Source: a bacterium
GTDB taxonomy: Bacteria; SAR324; NAC60-12
NCBI GenBank assembly: GCA_965205865.1
Contig: CBDBHR010000028.1
Span: 256,001 to 320,000 of the forward strand
Length of the DNA: 64,000 nt
Direction of reading: 5' to 3'
Each line of letters starts with the position of its first letter. The stretch's first letter is position 1. The notes beneath the pieces are model-generated. The model worked only from the letters and a program-made list of their open reading frames with translations, did not search any database and was not told the origin of the DNA. Below are positions 49,985 to 59,800 of the stretch, piece after piece. The position numbers and the translations under genes were made by a program.

Positions 49985-52900
49985 ATGGAAAATCGGTCTT
50001 TGTTTTTACAAGCAGAAGCCATGTCTAAAGACCTCTCTTTGCTTCCTGAAGAGAGGCTCCCTTTTTTTGATGAGTCCTCGCTACTTGGACTTGTTTCCCA
50101 AGAAGACATTAAAAAAAACATTGACCGCTTGCGGCGACTGGACGTCGACGAATACATTCGGCAGACGGTTCTTCCTACGGAGAATCCTAAACGCCGTAGT
50201 GCGCCGGAAGTGATTAAAAATCTGCGCGGCAAGTTGATCAAAGAGGAATTAGATGGCCCACTTTACGTGGCGGAGATTGAATTTTTTACTAACAATCGAC
50301 TGCGACGTTTTGGCGTAATTGCGCAAAATCGCAAAAATCAGGCAGGTGTTTGGTACCCCCAGCATCATCTGAAAGCAGCAGAGTACGCTCGATTTTTTGC
50401 ATCTCACGGCATGCCGCTCATTACATTCATGGACACCCCCGGTGCAGCAGCGGATACGGAAGCCAACCTGCGCAATCAGTCCCATAGCATCTCCTTTTTC
50501 ATTGCCGAAATGGCCAACCTCGAAATTCCGACACTGGGGATCGTATATGGACAAGGCTATAGCGGTGGCGCCATTCCTCTGGCCACTACCAATATCCTCT
50601 TGTCAGTGAGAGATGGGGTCTTCAACACCATTTATCCGAAAGGATTGAGCAACATTGCCCGCAAGTACAACTTATCCTGGGAGGAATGTGCCAAGTATAT
50701 TGGGGTTTCCGCCTTTGAATTGAATGCGGCAGGTTATTTTGACGGGATCATCGATTACACTCCGGAAGAGCCTCATCTGCTCGATAATTTGCAAAATGCG
50801 ATTTTGAGTGCCGTTGAGTGTATTGAAGACAACTCTAAAAAGCTCTTGAAAAGTCACAACCTGTTTTTTTGGGAACATTACCAGGAAAGTTTGAATCATT
50901 ACCTGAATCCTTCAGAGATGTTGATTGAGGATAATATTCTGACGGACAAGACCCCCACTGGGATTCTCAACATATTTGGCGATGTCAATCGTTTTTTGCG
51001 TTACTTGAAGCTCCGCCAAAAAATCACAAGTCAATCCGTACTTCATTATGCCAGGCTCAGTACGATGCCGCAAGGCCAACTCCAGGAACGATTAGCAAGA
51101 GAACAGCGCGAAAAATTTCAAAACTGGCTCAAATCCCCTGTGGAACTGCGTTACCATGACAATTTGTTCAGGAAATATAAACGTTTCAGAGAAGCCTGTC
51201 AAAATCGGGAAAATCAACGGAGGAGGTTGGTGACTTTTTTCATTGGGGATCCTAAAGAAAGGTTTGAAACAGCAACTAAAGAATTGACCTCCGAGGTGCT
51301 TTTGTTCCTTTATAATTACTGGAAGGAAAACGCCATTGAGAATCTCACCCAGTTGTATGAATACCTCAAGTATTTCAAATCGACCGTTACCTTGCCAGAT
51401 CAGAATGTGACGTTGTTGGAAGCATTGCAAAATGAGCATCTTTGCCACAGTTTTCAAAGAAATTTTCAAAACATCATTTTGTTTGATCATTTATATGATG
51501 GCGTGATGAATAACCTGACGATGATTGCAGGAGAATTGAATGGCACCAACCAGATTTCCCGGAAATCAGTGGAAAAATTATTTGAAAGTTCCTTCGATTC
51601 AGCTATTCAGGAATTTGAAAACCACTCTCCGGATCTTCAAACAACCGATGCCAAAGAACGTTTTTTCAAATGGCTGCAGCTTTTCATCACTCAAAAAAAC
51701 TGCGACGAAATCATGCATAATATCAGTGATTGGAAACAGCGTGCTTTTCCCCGTCTCAGTCAGCCCTTGTTCGGTTTGGTCCGCTATTATTTTGCTACCT
51801 TACTTCCGGCCTTGAATACCGCGGAGTCGGATAGCGATTCACGGAAGCAAAAAAAATTCAGCGGCAAGATCACTCCCCGCAATATCGGCATCAAGGACTT
51901 TTGGAACCGCCTGGACCGAGCATACAAAGATCTCCTCATTCAAGACCTGCTCCGGGAGTACAAAAAAAAGCCAATTACCCCAAAGCGCATCATTGATTAT
52001 TTTTTTGAAGACTTCGAAGAATTGTACCACGACCGCATTACCGTCGATCCGGTAAAATTTCCCGGGTTTCGCCAGTCGGTAGAGCAAGCTTTGCAGAAAG
52101 GAGTGACCCCATGTGGTATCATCACCGGTTTGGCAACGTTCGCGGATGAAAATCAGCGCAACCGGGTCGGGCTGGCCATAAGCAATACCAAATTTCAAGC
52201 AGGAGCCTTCGACATGGCAAGCAGTGAGAAAATTTGTCAACTGCTGGCCGAATGCACAAAGCATAAACTGCCACTCATTATGTTTATCTCCGCAGGAGGG
52301 ATGCAAACTAAAGAAGGGGCGGGGGCGCTTTTTTCCATGCCGGTGTTGAATGACCGCATGACTCGCTTCATCAAAGACAATGAATTGCCTGTGATTTGTT
52401 TCGGATTCCGGGATTGTATGGGAGGCGCCCAAGCCAGCTTCGTCACCCATCGCCTGGTCAAAACCTATTACTTTTCAGGGACCATCATGTCATTTGCCGG
52501 GCAATTGGTCGTGGAGAGTCACTTGCCCATGAATGCGATTTTGTCCAACTACCTTTCCAACACGCCGGGAAGTATGGAAGGTCTCGTTCACAATCCTTTT
52601 GATGAAGCCATCGATGCTAAACTGAAAGAAGCGGATCCTCAAATCCCTCTGGCCCAATTGACGGTGAGGGATGTGATTTCCAAAATTATGGCCGGCGAGT
52701 ATCGTCCGTATTTCAAACCCGAAGAAAACGCCATTGCTCAAATTTTCGAAGAAAAACTTCACTTGGGCCCCATTCAACGAATATTGATTCATGCGCGTGG
52801 CTGCACTGCAACACGCTTGATTTATGCAGCTCATGAGGCGGGTCTGGAAGTGGTACTTGTACAATCCGACCCGGATATGGATAGCTATCCGGCCAATTTA

Positions 52901-54529
52901 TTAAAAAAGAAAGATCGCCTTGTTTGCCTTGGAGGCAACACTGCGCAGGAGAGTTATCTCAATGCGGGAAGCATTATCCTGATTGCTGAACAGGAAGGAG
53001 CGGACGCGCTCCATCCCGGCATTGGTTTTCTTTCAGAATCATCCCAGTATGCCAGGATTTGCCGGGAACATGGACTCAATTTTATTGGCCCCAGCGCTCA
53101 TAGTATGGATTTGATGGGTAATAAATCCAATGCGTTGGCGACGGCAAAACGTCTGAAGATCCCAGTCGTTCCCGGAAGTGCAGGGGCCCTTGCAGATCCC
53201 GTTCAGGCAGAAACGGTTGCCCGGGAAATCGGATTTCCTGTCTTGATCAAAGCCACCCACGGTGGCGGAGGTAAAGGAATTCGCGTAGTTGAAGAATCGG
53301 AGTCTCTGGTCGATGTCTTTTCCCAAATGTCCCAGGAAGCCCTGAACGCTTTTGGCAATGGGGATTTGTATCTGGAAAAATATATTATTTCAATGCGACA
53401 TATCGAAGTCCAAATCTTGAGAGACAGCCATGGCAACACCAAAATACTGGGCATGAGGGATTGCACGGTACAGCGCAACTATCAAAAATTGATTGAAGAG
53501 TCGATTGGAGAGCATTTTCCAAAGTTAATCGTCAAGCAACTCTACCGTTATACTGAATCAATCATCAATGAAATCGATTACCTTGGGGCAGGCACAGTCG
53601 AATTCATTTATGATCGCCTCCATCAGAAAATCTATTTTATGGAAATGAACACCCGCTTGCAGGTGGAACATCCTGTTACCGAAATGGTATCTGGCCTGGA
53701 TCTCGTTCAAAAGCAATTGGAAATCGCCGAAGGCGGCAATATCGAGGACTTGTCCGTTGAACTCAACGGACATGCTATGGAATTACGGGTCAATGCGGAA
53801 AAAATTGAAATCAACCCGGATGGCACGCTTGTTTTTCTTCCCGACCCGGGAACTATCACAAAAGTAGAATTACCGGCATTCCAAAATATCCGCTTCGTTT
53901 CCGCCGTAAAAAGCGAAAGCGCGGTTCCTCCCTATTACGACGGCCTGATTGCCCAAATCATTGCTCATGGGCCAACCCGTGGAGAAGTGATTCAAACACT
54001 GTTGGATTATCTGAAAGAAATCCGCATCACTGGCATCTCCACAAACCTGGCGTTGGCTGAGGCGATTTTGGAAAATGAACTTTTCCAGTCAGGAGATTAC
54101 GATACCGGATTTCTGAAAACCTTCCTACAACAAATCGATATCCACCAATTGATCCGTGCCACTCAAAATCATGCCGGGGACACGGGGGCGGCAATCGACC
54201 AGAAGACCATTGCCATTCCGGACTCAAGGGAACTCAAGGTGCTTTCTCCCCAAACCGGCGCTTTCTATCGCTCTTCCTCTCCGAGTGACCCGGTATTTGT
54301 CGAAGAAGGACTACAAATTGGTAGCGGGCAAACCCTTTGTCTGCTGGAATCGATGAAAGTCTTCAACGAACTAAGGTTGAAAGCATACAAGGGAGGAGAT
54401 GGAGAACTGCTCTATCCGGAGGACACTTTTTACCGGATCAAAAAAATTATTCCCGAGGACAAGCAAACCGTCAGTCGAGGGGATCTATTATTTGTCATTG
54501 AACCGGAAGAAACCCTCCAATCTGCCTAG
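49985..54529 (+). CDS. Single-chain biotin-dependent carboxylase (CTalpha-CTbeta-BC-BCCP)
   Basis: FMDTPGA/YSGGA (AccA-like); FQAGAFD, SAGGMQTKEG, GGAQASF (AccD-like); HPGIGFLSE, GGGGKG, EMNTRLQVEHPVTE (BC); SPQTGAFY, ESMKVFNE (BCCP). Confidence 0.9.
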   Translation: MENRSLFLQAEAMSKDLSLLPEERLPFFDESSLLGLVSQEDIKKNIDRLRRLDVDEYIRQTVLPTENPKRRSAPEVIKNLRGKLIKEELDGPLYVAEIEFFTNNRLRRFGVIAQNRKNQAGVWYPQHHLKAAEYARFFASHGMPLITFMDTPGAAADTEANLRNQSHSISFFIAEMANLEIPTLGIVYGQGYSGGAIPLATTNILLSVRDGVFNTIYPKGLSNIARKYNLSWEECAKYIGVSAFELNAAGYFDGIIDYTPEEPHLLDNLQNAILSAVECIEDNSKKLLKSHNLFFWEHYQESLNHYLNPSEMLIEDNILTDKTPTGILNIFGDVNRFLRYLKLRQKITSQSVLHYARLSTMPQGQLQERLAREQREKFQNWLKSPVELRYHDNLFRKYKRFREACQNRENQRRRLVTFFIGDPKERFETATKELTSEVLLFLYNYWKENAIENLTQLYEYLKYFKSTVTLPDQNVTLLEALQNEHLCHSFQRNFQNIILFDHLYDGVMNNLTMIAGELNGTNQISRKSVEKLFESSFDSAIQEFENHSPDLQTTDAKERFFKWLQLFITQKNCDEIMHNISDWKQRAFPRLSQPLFGLVRYYFATLLPALNTAESDSDSRKQKKFSGKITPRNIGIKDFWNRLDRAYKDLLIQDLLREYKKKPITPKRIIDYFFEDFEELYHDRITVDPVKFPGFRQSVEQALQKGVTPCGIITGLATFADENQRNRVGLAISNTKFQAGAFDMASSEKICQLLAECTKHKLPLIMFISAGGMQTKEGAGALFSMPVLNDRMTRFIKDNELPVICFGFRDCMGGAQASFVTHRLVKTYYFSGTIMSFAGQLVVESHLPMNAILSNYLSNTPGSMEGLVHNPFDEAIDAKLKEADPQIPLAQLTVRDVISKIMAGEYRPYFKPEENAIAQIFEEKLHLGPIQRILIHARGCTATRLIYAAHEAGLEVVLVQSDPDMDSYPANLLKKKDRLVCLGGNTAQESYLNAGSIILIAEQEGADALHPGIGFLSESSQYARICREHGLNFIGPSAHSMDLMGNKSNALATAKRLKIPVVPGSAGALADPVQAETVAREIGFPVLIKATHGGGGKGIRVVEESESLVDVFSQMSQEALNAFGNGDLYLEKYIISMRHIEVQILRDSHGNTKILGMRDCTVQRNYQKLIEESIGEHFPKLIVKQLYRYTESIINEIDYLGAGTVEFIYDRLHQKIYFMEMNTRLQVEHPVTEMVSGLDLVQKQLEIAEGGNIEDLSVELNGHAMELRVNAEKIEINPDGTLVFLPDPGTITKVELPAFQNIRFVSAVKSESAVPPYYDGLIAQIIAHGPTRGEVIQTLLDYLKEIRITGISTNLALAEAILENELFQSGDYDTGFLKTFLQQIDIHQLIRATQNHAGDTGAAIDQKTIAIPDSRELKVLSPQTGAFYRSSSPSDPVFVEEGLQIGSGQTLCLLESMKVFNELRLKAYKGGDGELLYPEDTFYRIKKIIPEDKQTVSRGDLLFVIEPEETLQSA

Positions 54530-54555
54530 AAACAACTTTGTAGTGGATAACCACC

Positions 54556-55845
54556 ATGACGATTTCCTTTTTTCAAAAATGGGGGCGGCTCAGTATCGCA
54601 ATCCTCATCTTTGCCGCTTTGGTCAGCGTTGTCGTTTTTTTTAATGATATTTTGTTCCCCTTCATTCTCGCCTGCTTTTTGGCCTATCTGCTTGCTCCCG
54701 TCATCAGACGCATGCACCAGTGGAAACTAAAGGGGTACCAATTGCCTCGTGGACTGGCGGTGATGCTGGTTTATGTCGTTATCCTGGGCACTCTGATCGG
54801 TGGTGGTTCATATCTGATTCCCAATCTTTACAATGAGATCACCCAGATGCTCAAAGAGATGCCACGCGCTATCAATCAAACGTCACAGACTTGGTTGCCA
54901 TTCATCAACGAGAAATTGAACCAATGGGCGGCCCTGATGCCTGATCCGGTGGACATGGAAATCCCTTCTCAAGGTCCCTTGCCGGAATCATCGACGAACC
55001 GGAATATCAATTCAAACATCAACAGCCCTTATCTTGCAGCCCTGGAAGAATACACCTATGAAATCCGCACCCTGGATTCGGGTAAAATGGAAATCATTCC
55101 GCATCGTAAAATCTCCGGTCCTCCGGAAAAGCCAAAACCTCTGGACTTACGAGATCATTTTTCGTCGGCAATCCAACTTACGGTGGAACGCATTCAGCAA
55201 AACACGGTCAATTTTCTCAATTTCGGACGTCAAATTTTGACCAGAGTTGCCGGGTCGATCTTCACGCTTTTTCTGACCCTGATGATTTCGGCCTTCATTC
55301 TGATTGATATAGAGCGAGTTCTCCGATTTGGACGCTCGCTGTTCCTCCCCAAATACCACTCGGAGTATGAAAAATTTCTGCAACGTTTGGATCAGGGACT
55401 GAGTGGCGTCGTTCGTGGACAAGTCTTGATTTGCCTGATCAACGGCGCTCTCACAGGAATCGGATTACTCATCTTTGGAGTGCCTTTTGTTTTTACTTTG
55501 TCCCTGGTGGCGACAATTTGTTCCCTGATCCCTATTTTCGGTACCTTGCTTTCTTCTTTTCCAATTGTGATCATGGCTTTGACAGTTTCCTTCCCGACCA
55601 CTCTATTTATTGTTGGCTGGATCCTATTGATTCACTTCATTGAAGGCAACATCCTCAACCCCAGGATCATGGGTACCGCAGCCCGCATCCATCCGGCATT
55701 GATTGTCTTCGCCTTGGTTGCCGGAGAATTTGTTGCCGGGATTCCGGGTGCTCTCTTGGCCGTGCCAATTTTTTCGCTCCTTCAGAACACCTTTCTATTC
55801 CTCAAATCAATCATTGAAGAACTCGAACCCGCAGGACCGATTTAA
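54556..55845 (+). CDS. AI-2E family transporter
   Basis: PFILACFLAYLLAP, IPIFG, EGNILNPRIMG, GALLAVP. Confidence 0.9.
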   Translation: MTISFFQKWGRLSIAILIFAALVSVVVFFNDILFPFILACFLAYLLAPVIRRMHQWKLKGYQLPRGLAVMLVYVVILGTLIGGGSYLIPNLYNEITQMLKEMPRAINQTSQTWLPFINEKLNQWAALMPDPVDMEIPSQGPLPESSTNRNINSNINSPYLAALEEYTYEIRTLDSGKMEIIPHRKISGPPEKPKPLDLRDHFSSAIQLTVERIQQNTVNFLNFGRQILTRVAGSIFTLFLTLMISAFILIDIERVLRFGRSLFLPKYHSEYEKFLQRLDQGLSGVVRGQVLICLINGALTGIGLLIFGVPFVFTLSLVATICSLIPIFGTLLSSFPIVIMALTVSFPTTLFIVGWILLIHFIEGNILNPRIMGTAARIHPALIVFALVAGEFVAGIPGALLAVPIFSLLQNTFLFLKSIIEELEPAGPI

Positions 55846-55896
55846 AAGAAACTCTTATGCGACAATACTACTAACAGTTTTGAAATAGCTATGAAG

Positions 55897-56123
55897 TATT
55901 CTTTAGTTATGTACACAGAATCAATGTCATTCCTGGCTTGCCCAGGAATCCAGGGGTCCTGCCAAAGAACACCTGGATGCCTGATCAAGTCATGCATGAG
56001 ACAGTCATCGTATTCTTTGTTATGTACACAGAATCAATGTCATTCCTGGCTTGCCCAGGAATCCAGGGGTCCTGCCAAAGAACACCTGGATGCCTGATCA
56101 AGTCATGCATGAGACAGTCATCG
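55897..56123. repeat. Tandem duplication (114 and 113 bp) of a REP-like palindromic unit
   Basis: 55897-56010 and 56011-56123 differ by one base; each holds TGTCATTCCTGGCTTGCCCAGGAATCCA...TGGATGCCTGATCAAGTCATGCATGA. Confidence 0.92.
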
Positions 56124-56647
56124 GGATTGCTTGAATTATTTCAAACTGAGAAACTGACTCAGAATTGTAAATAATTCAGATACTTTTTCTAAGTATTTGA
56201 AATGATTTATTTTCAATTTATTAAGAATTAAAAAAAATGTCAGAACCATTGATGTGAATGACAATTTCAAATACGACGTTGAAAAAAACCAGGCACAAGA
56301 ATAATTGGAGAGATGGAACAATTCATTGTCCCCTGTAATTTTTAGATTGATACCAGCAGAAAAATCGCACCCTTCAATTAGAAAATGGCGCATCAATGTA
56401 CAAGACTGACAGACTCAAAAGTTGCAACGATGACAGCCGGAATCTACAACATCTGGTACAGCATGGCGCCCCTCCTGATGCTTTGCAACAAGAGTTGATT
56501 GAGGAAACGAAGCAAGTCAGCGATCTTGCTATCATGCAGATTGCTAATGATTGCATTTCTTGGACACAAAAATTGTCTTAAAAATCTGATTCTTTTCCAG
56601 AATCGCTCAATTCAGGTTAAATAAACGCAAAAACAAATGAGGAAAAA

Positions 56648-57301
56648 ATGGATGCAAAAACCTTTGTGCAGCAGTTGGAACAGCAAAACAACGTACTATT
56701 GGACAAATTGAAAAAACAGCCGCCGTTGGGAGAGGGAGATGACTTAAACATCAATCAATTATTGAAAATGGCTTTGAAAAACGAAATCGAAGCCACCGAA
56801 CTGGCAGCTTACTGGGTCCACTCGACTCCCGAGGTAGAAGTCAAACTGGGATTTTCACGACAAGTGGGAGATGAAGCGCGACATTATCGAATCATTGCCG
56901 AGCGTCTGCAGGAGCTTGGGGAAGATTTGAGGGATTTCGACCCACTTGCGGCAGGTTACAGTCCCTTGTTTGAATATCTCAAGACCCTGGAAAATACGGT
57001 GGAGCGCGTAGCAGCAGGGCAATTTACCCGAGAAGCCATTGCCTTGATCAAAAACGAGCAATTCATCGAATGCTGCCACGAGGCAGGAGATTCGGAAACC
57101 GCCCGATGTTATGAGGAAATCATACAACCTGACGAAACCTTTCACCATCAATTGGGTAAAAAGATTTTGGAACAATACGCCAATACCGATGCCTTACAGT
57201 TTCAAGCCAGACAAGCTGCCCAAAAGACCTTGGAGCTTGCTGAAGAACTTCAGGGGATCGTATTCAATAAAATGGGAATCCACCATGCGCCAGGATGTTG
57301 A
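56648..57301 (+). CDS. Ferritin-like diiron-carboxylate protein
   Basis: E...DEARH and E...DETFH ligand pairs; GAGG ribosome-binding site. Confidence 0.82.
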   Translation: MDAKTFVQQLEQQNNVLLDKLKKQPPLGEGDDLNINQLLKMALKNEIEATELAAYWVHSTPEVEVKLGFSRQVGDEARHYRIIAERLQELGEDLRDFDPLAAGYSPLFEYLKTLENTVERVAAGQFTREAIALIKNEQFIECCHEAGDSETARCYEEIIQPDETFHHQLGKKILEQYANTDALQFQARQAAQKTLELAEELQGIVFNKMGIHHAPGC

Positions 57302-57504
57302 ATCAGAAATTTTTGATTCCGATTCAATACACTGTTAGAAAATTTTGTTTCAGAAGAAGAGTCTTCTTGCCTACCTGACAGGTGCGGTGACAGCCGCTCA
57401 AAAAAAAAATACTTGATTCTTTGTTTGGCATGCGCTATTCTGCTCTTTGATTTTGCATTAAATTTGAATTTTTACACATCAATTACCCGAACGAGAGTAT
57501 TTCA

Positions 57505-57561
57505 ATGCATCTGAATTTGCTGGCTTTATTATCTTTATTACTCTTGAGATCCATCGGATAA
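57505..57561 (+). CDS. leuL: leu attenuator leader peptide MHLNLLALLSLLLLRSIG
   Basis: 9 of 18 codons are Leu; lies upstream of a terminator and leuA. Confidence 0.82.
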   Translation: MHLNLLALLSLLLLRSIG

Positions 57562-57611
57562 CCGATTGCCAGCAATTGTTATATTTTATTAATTGTGGGC
57601 GTTGGGCCCAC

Positions 57612-57649
57612 AAAAAAGCCGTGGGCTTCCAAGTTCACGGCTTTTTTTT
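57612..57649 (+). terminator. Attenuator terminator
   Basis: AAAAAAGCCGTGGGCTT-CC-AAGTTCACGGCTTTTTTTT hairpin with U tract. Confidence 0.88.
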
Positions 57650-57712
57650 CGCCCTTTTTAATTCTTGTTGTAATCTTTGGCGTTTAAGAAATTCTCAAAA
57701 AAAGGAGATCCC

Positions 57713-59404
57713 ATGAAAACGATGCCTATTGAAAATTATCGTCCTTATCCCCTAGTGGATTTGCCCAATCGCCGATGGCCTTCGAAGGTGATTGATAAAG
57801 CACCCATCTGGTGCAGTGTGGACCTGCGTGATGGCAATCAGGCCCTGGTCAACCCCATGACCATCAAGAAGAAATTAGAGATGTTTCAACTGCTGGTTGA
57901 GATGGGATTCAAGGAAATCGAGGTTGGTTTTCCCTCAGCAGCAGAAGTTGAATTTCAATTTGTGAGAAAGTTGATTGAAGAGCAACTTGTTCCGGACGAT
58001 GTCGCCATTCAGGTGCTCACCCAAACCCGGGATCACTTGATTGAAAAAACCTGTCAAGCGATCGCTGGGGCGAAGCGTGCCATCGTGCATATCTACAATT
58101 CCACCTCCGAAGCGCAACGCCGTGTTGTTTTCCAGTCCGACCGGGCCGGTATCGTGGATATTGCCGTACGAGGGGCTGAACAGGCCCAAGAGTATGCAAA
58201 GGCTCTGAATGATACGGAAGTCGTGTTTCAATATTCCCCGGAAAGCTTCACCGGCACTGAACTGGATTTTGCTTTGGAAATTTCTGAAGCCGTCATCGAT
58301 GTCTGGCAGCCGACTACTGAGCAAAAAACGATCATCAACCTCCCCTCGACGGTTGAGTTGTCCACACCGAATGTCTTTGCAGACCGCATTGAGTGGTTTG
58401 CGCAAAACCTGCGTAACCGTGAGTCGGTCACTCTCAGCGTGCATACTCATAATGACCGGGGCACGGGAGTGGCAACCGGAGAATTCGCCGTAATGGCGGG
58501 TGCGGACCGGGTAGAAGGGACATTGTTCGGCAATGGAGAACGTACCGGAAACATGGATATCGTCACCATGGCCCTCAATCTCTTTTCCCAGGGAGTTGAT
58601 CCCGAATTGGACTGCAGCGATATTCAAAAAATGATTGATATCTATGAAAAATGCACTGGTATGCCGGTTCCCGCCAGACATCCTTATGCCGGAGAACTGG
58701 TGTACACGGCTTTTTCAGGTTCCCACCAGGATGCCATTCGCAAAGGGATGCTGGCACTCAACGATGCAGCGACTCCTTATTGGGATGTCCCCTACTTGCC
58801 AATCAATCCGGAACATGTCGGACGCAGCTACGAAGCCATCATTCGCATCAATAGTCAATCCGGCAAGGGAGGGGTGGCCTATGTGATGGAACAGGAATTT
58901 GGTTATCAACTCCCCAAGGAGATGCATCAGGAATTTGCCCGCATCATCCAAAAAGTGTCTGAAGAATCTGGAGAAGAAGTACCACCCAGCCGGATTTATC
59001 AGTGTTTTCAGGAAGAGTACTTGTGGCCCAGAGAGCCCTTTGAGTTGCAAAAATGCCACATTGAAACCGAGGCTTCCGAAGACGAGAATTCCATCCAAAC
59101 GAGAATCCACGCCAAAGTGGCGATATTTGGGGAAGAACAAATGATCGCAGGAGAAGGCAACGGTCCCATTGACGCGTTTTGTGGCGCACTACGCAGCAAC
59201 AAAAATATTCAGTTTGAGTTTGCCTCTTACCATGAACATGCCCTCGGGGAAGGCTCCAATGCTCAGGCAGTGGCATATGTACAACTCAAGGTGCGGAAAC
59301 ATTCCTTTTTCGGAGTGGGATTGGATTCCAATATCAGCCTGGCATCTATCAAAGCTTTGTGTAGCGCGCTGAACCGCGCTTTTAAAGAAAAAAGCGCTAC
59401 TTAA
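57713..59404 (+). CDS. leuA: 2-isopropylmalate synthase (long form)
   Basis: WCSVDLRDGNQAL, YSPESF, HTHNDRG, FSGSHQDAI, GNGPIDA. Confidence 0.97.
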   Translation: MKTMPIENYRPYPLVDLPNRRWPSKVIDKAPIWCSVDLRDGNQALVNPMTIKKKLEMFQLLVEMGFKEIEVGFPSAAEVEFQFVRKLIEEQLVPDDVAIQVLTQTRDHLIEKTCQAIAGAKRAIVHIYNSTSEAQRRVVFQSDRAGIVDIAVRGAEQAQEYAKALNDTEVVFQYSPESFTGTELDFALEISEAVIDVWQPTTEQKTIINLPSTVELSTPNVFADRIEWFAQNLRNRESVTLSVHTHNDRGTGVATGEFAVMAGADRVEGTLFGNGERTGNMDIVTMALNLFSQGVDPELDCSDIQKMIDIYEKCTGMPVPARHPYAGELVYTAFSGSHQDAIRKGMLALNDAATPYWDVPYLPINPEHVGRSYEAIIRINSQSGKGGVAYVMEQEFGYQLPKEMHQEFARIIQKVSEESGEEVPPSRIYQCFQEEYLWPREPFELQKCHIETEASEDENSIQTRIHAKVAIFGEEQMIAGEGNGPIDAFCGALRSNKNIQFEFASYHEHALGEGSNAQAVAYVQLKVRKHSFFGVGLDSNISLASIKALCSALNRAFKEKSAT

Positions 59405-59452
59405 CCTGAGTTCGACATAAATCTTCAATAATTTGAGTATCCTCGTGTATAT

Positions 59453-59532
59453 GTCATCCTCGCGAAGCTTGTCCCCGCGAAAGCGGGGAGCGGGGATCCG
59501 GATTTCAGTCTGGCTGCATATCTCCGGATTCC
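59453..59532. repeat. GTCAT-type REP-like palindromic element
   Basis: TGTCATCCTCGCGAAGC...CCCCGCGAAAGCGGGG...GGATCC; a related CCCGCGAAAGCGGG occurs at ~63085. Confidence 0.6.
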
Positions 59533-59554
59533 TGCTCCCTGCTTTCGCAGGTTC

Positions 59555-59800
59555 TCTTGTTCCGGGTAGACCGACATGGTTTCCTCCAGCACCCATAGCA
59601 GTTCCAGAAATTCGGTGGTAAAGGCGCTGGTCCAGCGCAACGGATGGATGTCGTCCAAAGGCGACGATTTGCGCCCGGCTCCCTTCTTCATGCGGTACTT
59701 GAGCCACGATTGCACGACCTTGAGGCCGGAAACCTCGAACTCGTAGATTTCAGGCGCAACGGGCGCAAACGCACCGTCGCCGACGTGGAGCGTGCGGGTC
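59555..59800 (-). pseudogene. C-terminal fragment of a type ISP restriction-modification enzyme
   Basis: VAPEIYEFEVSGLKVVQSWLKYR...SSPLDDI..W...T.E.LELLWVLE; GC-rich relative to neighbours. Confidence 0.7.

Noticed and set aside
55891-56174. Short repeat-containing ORFs
   Set aside because: They are translations of the duplicated palindromic repeat.
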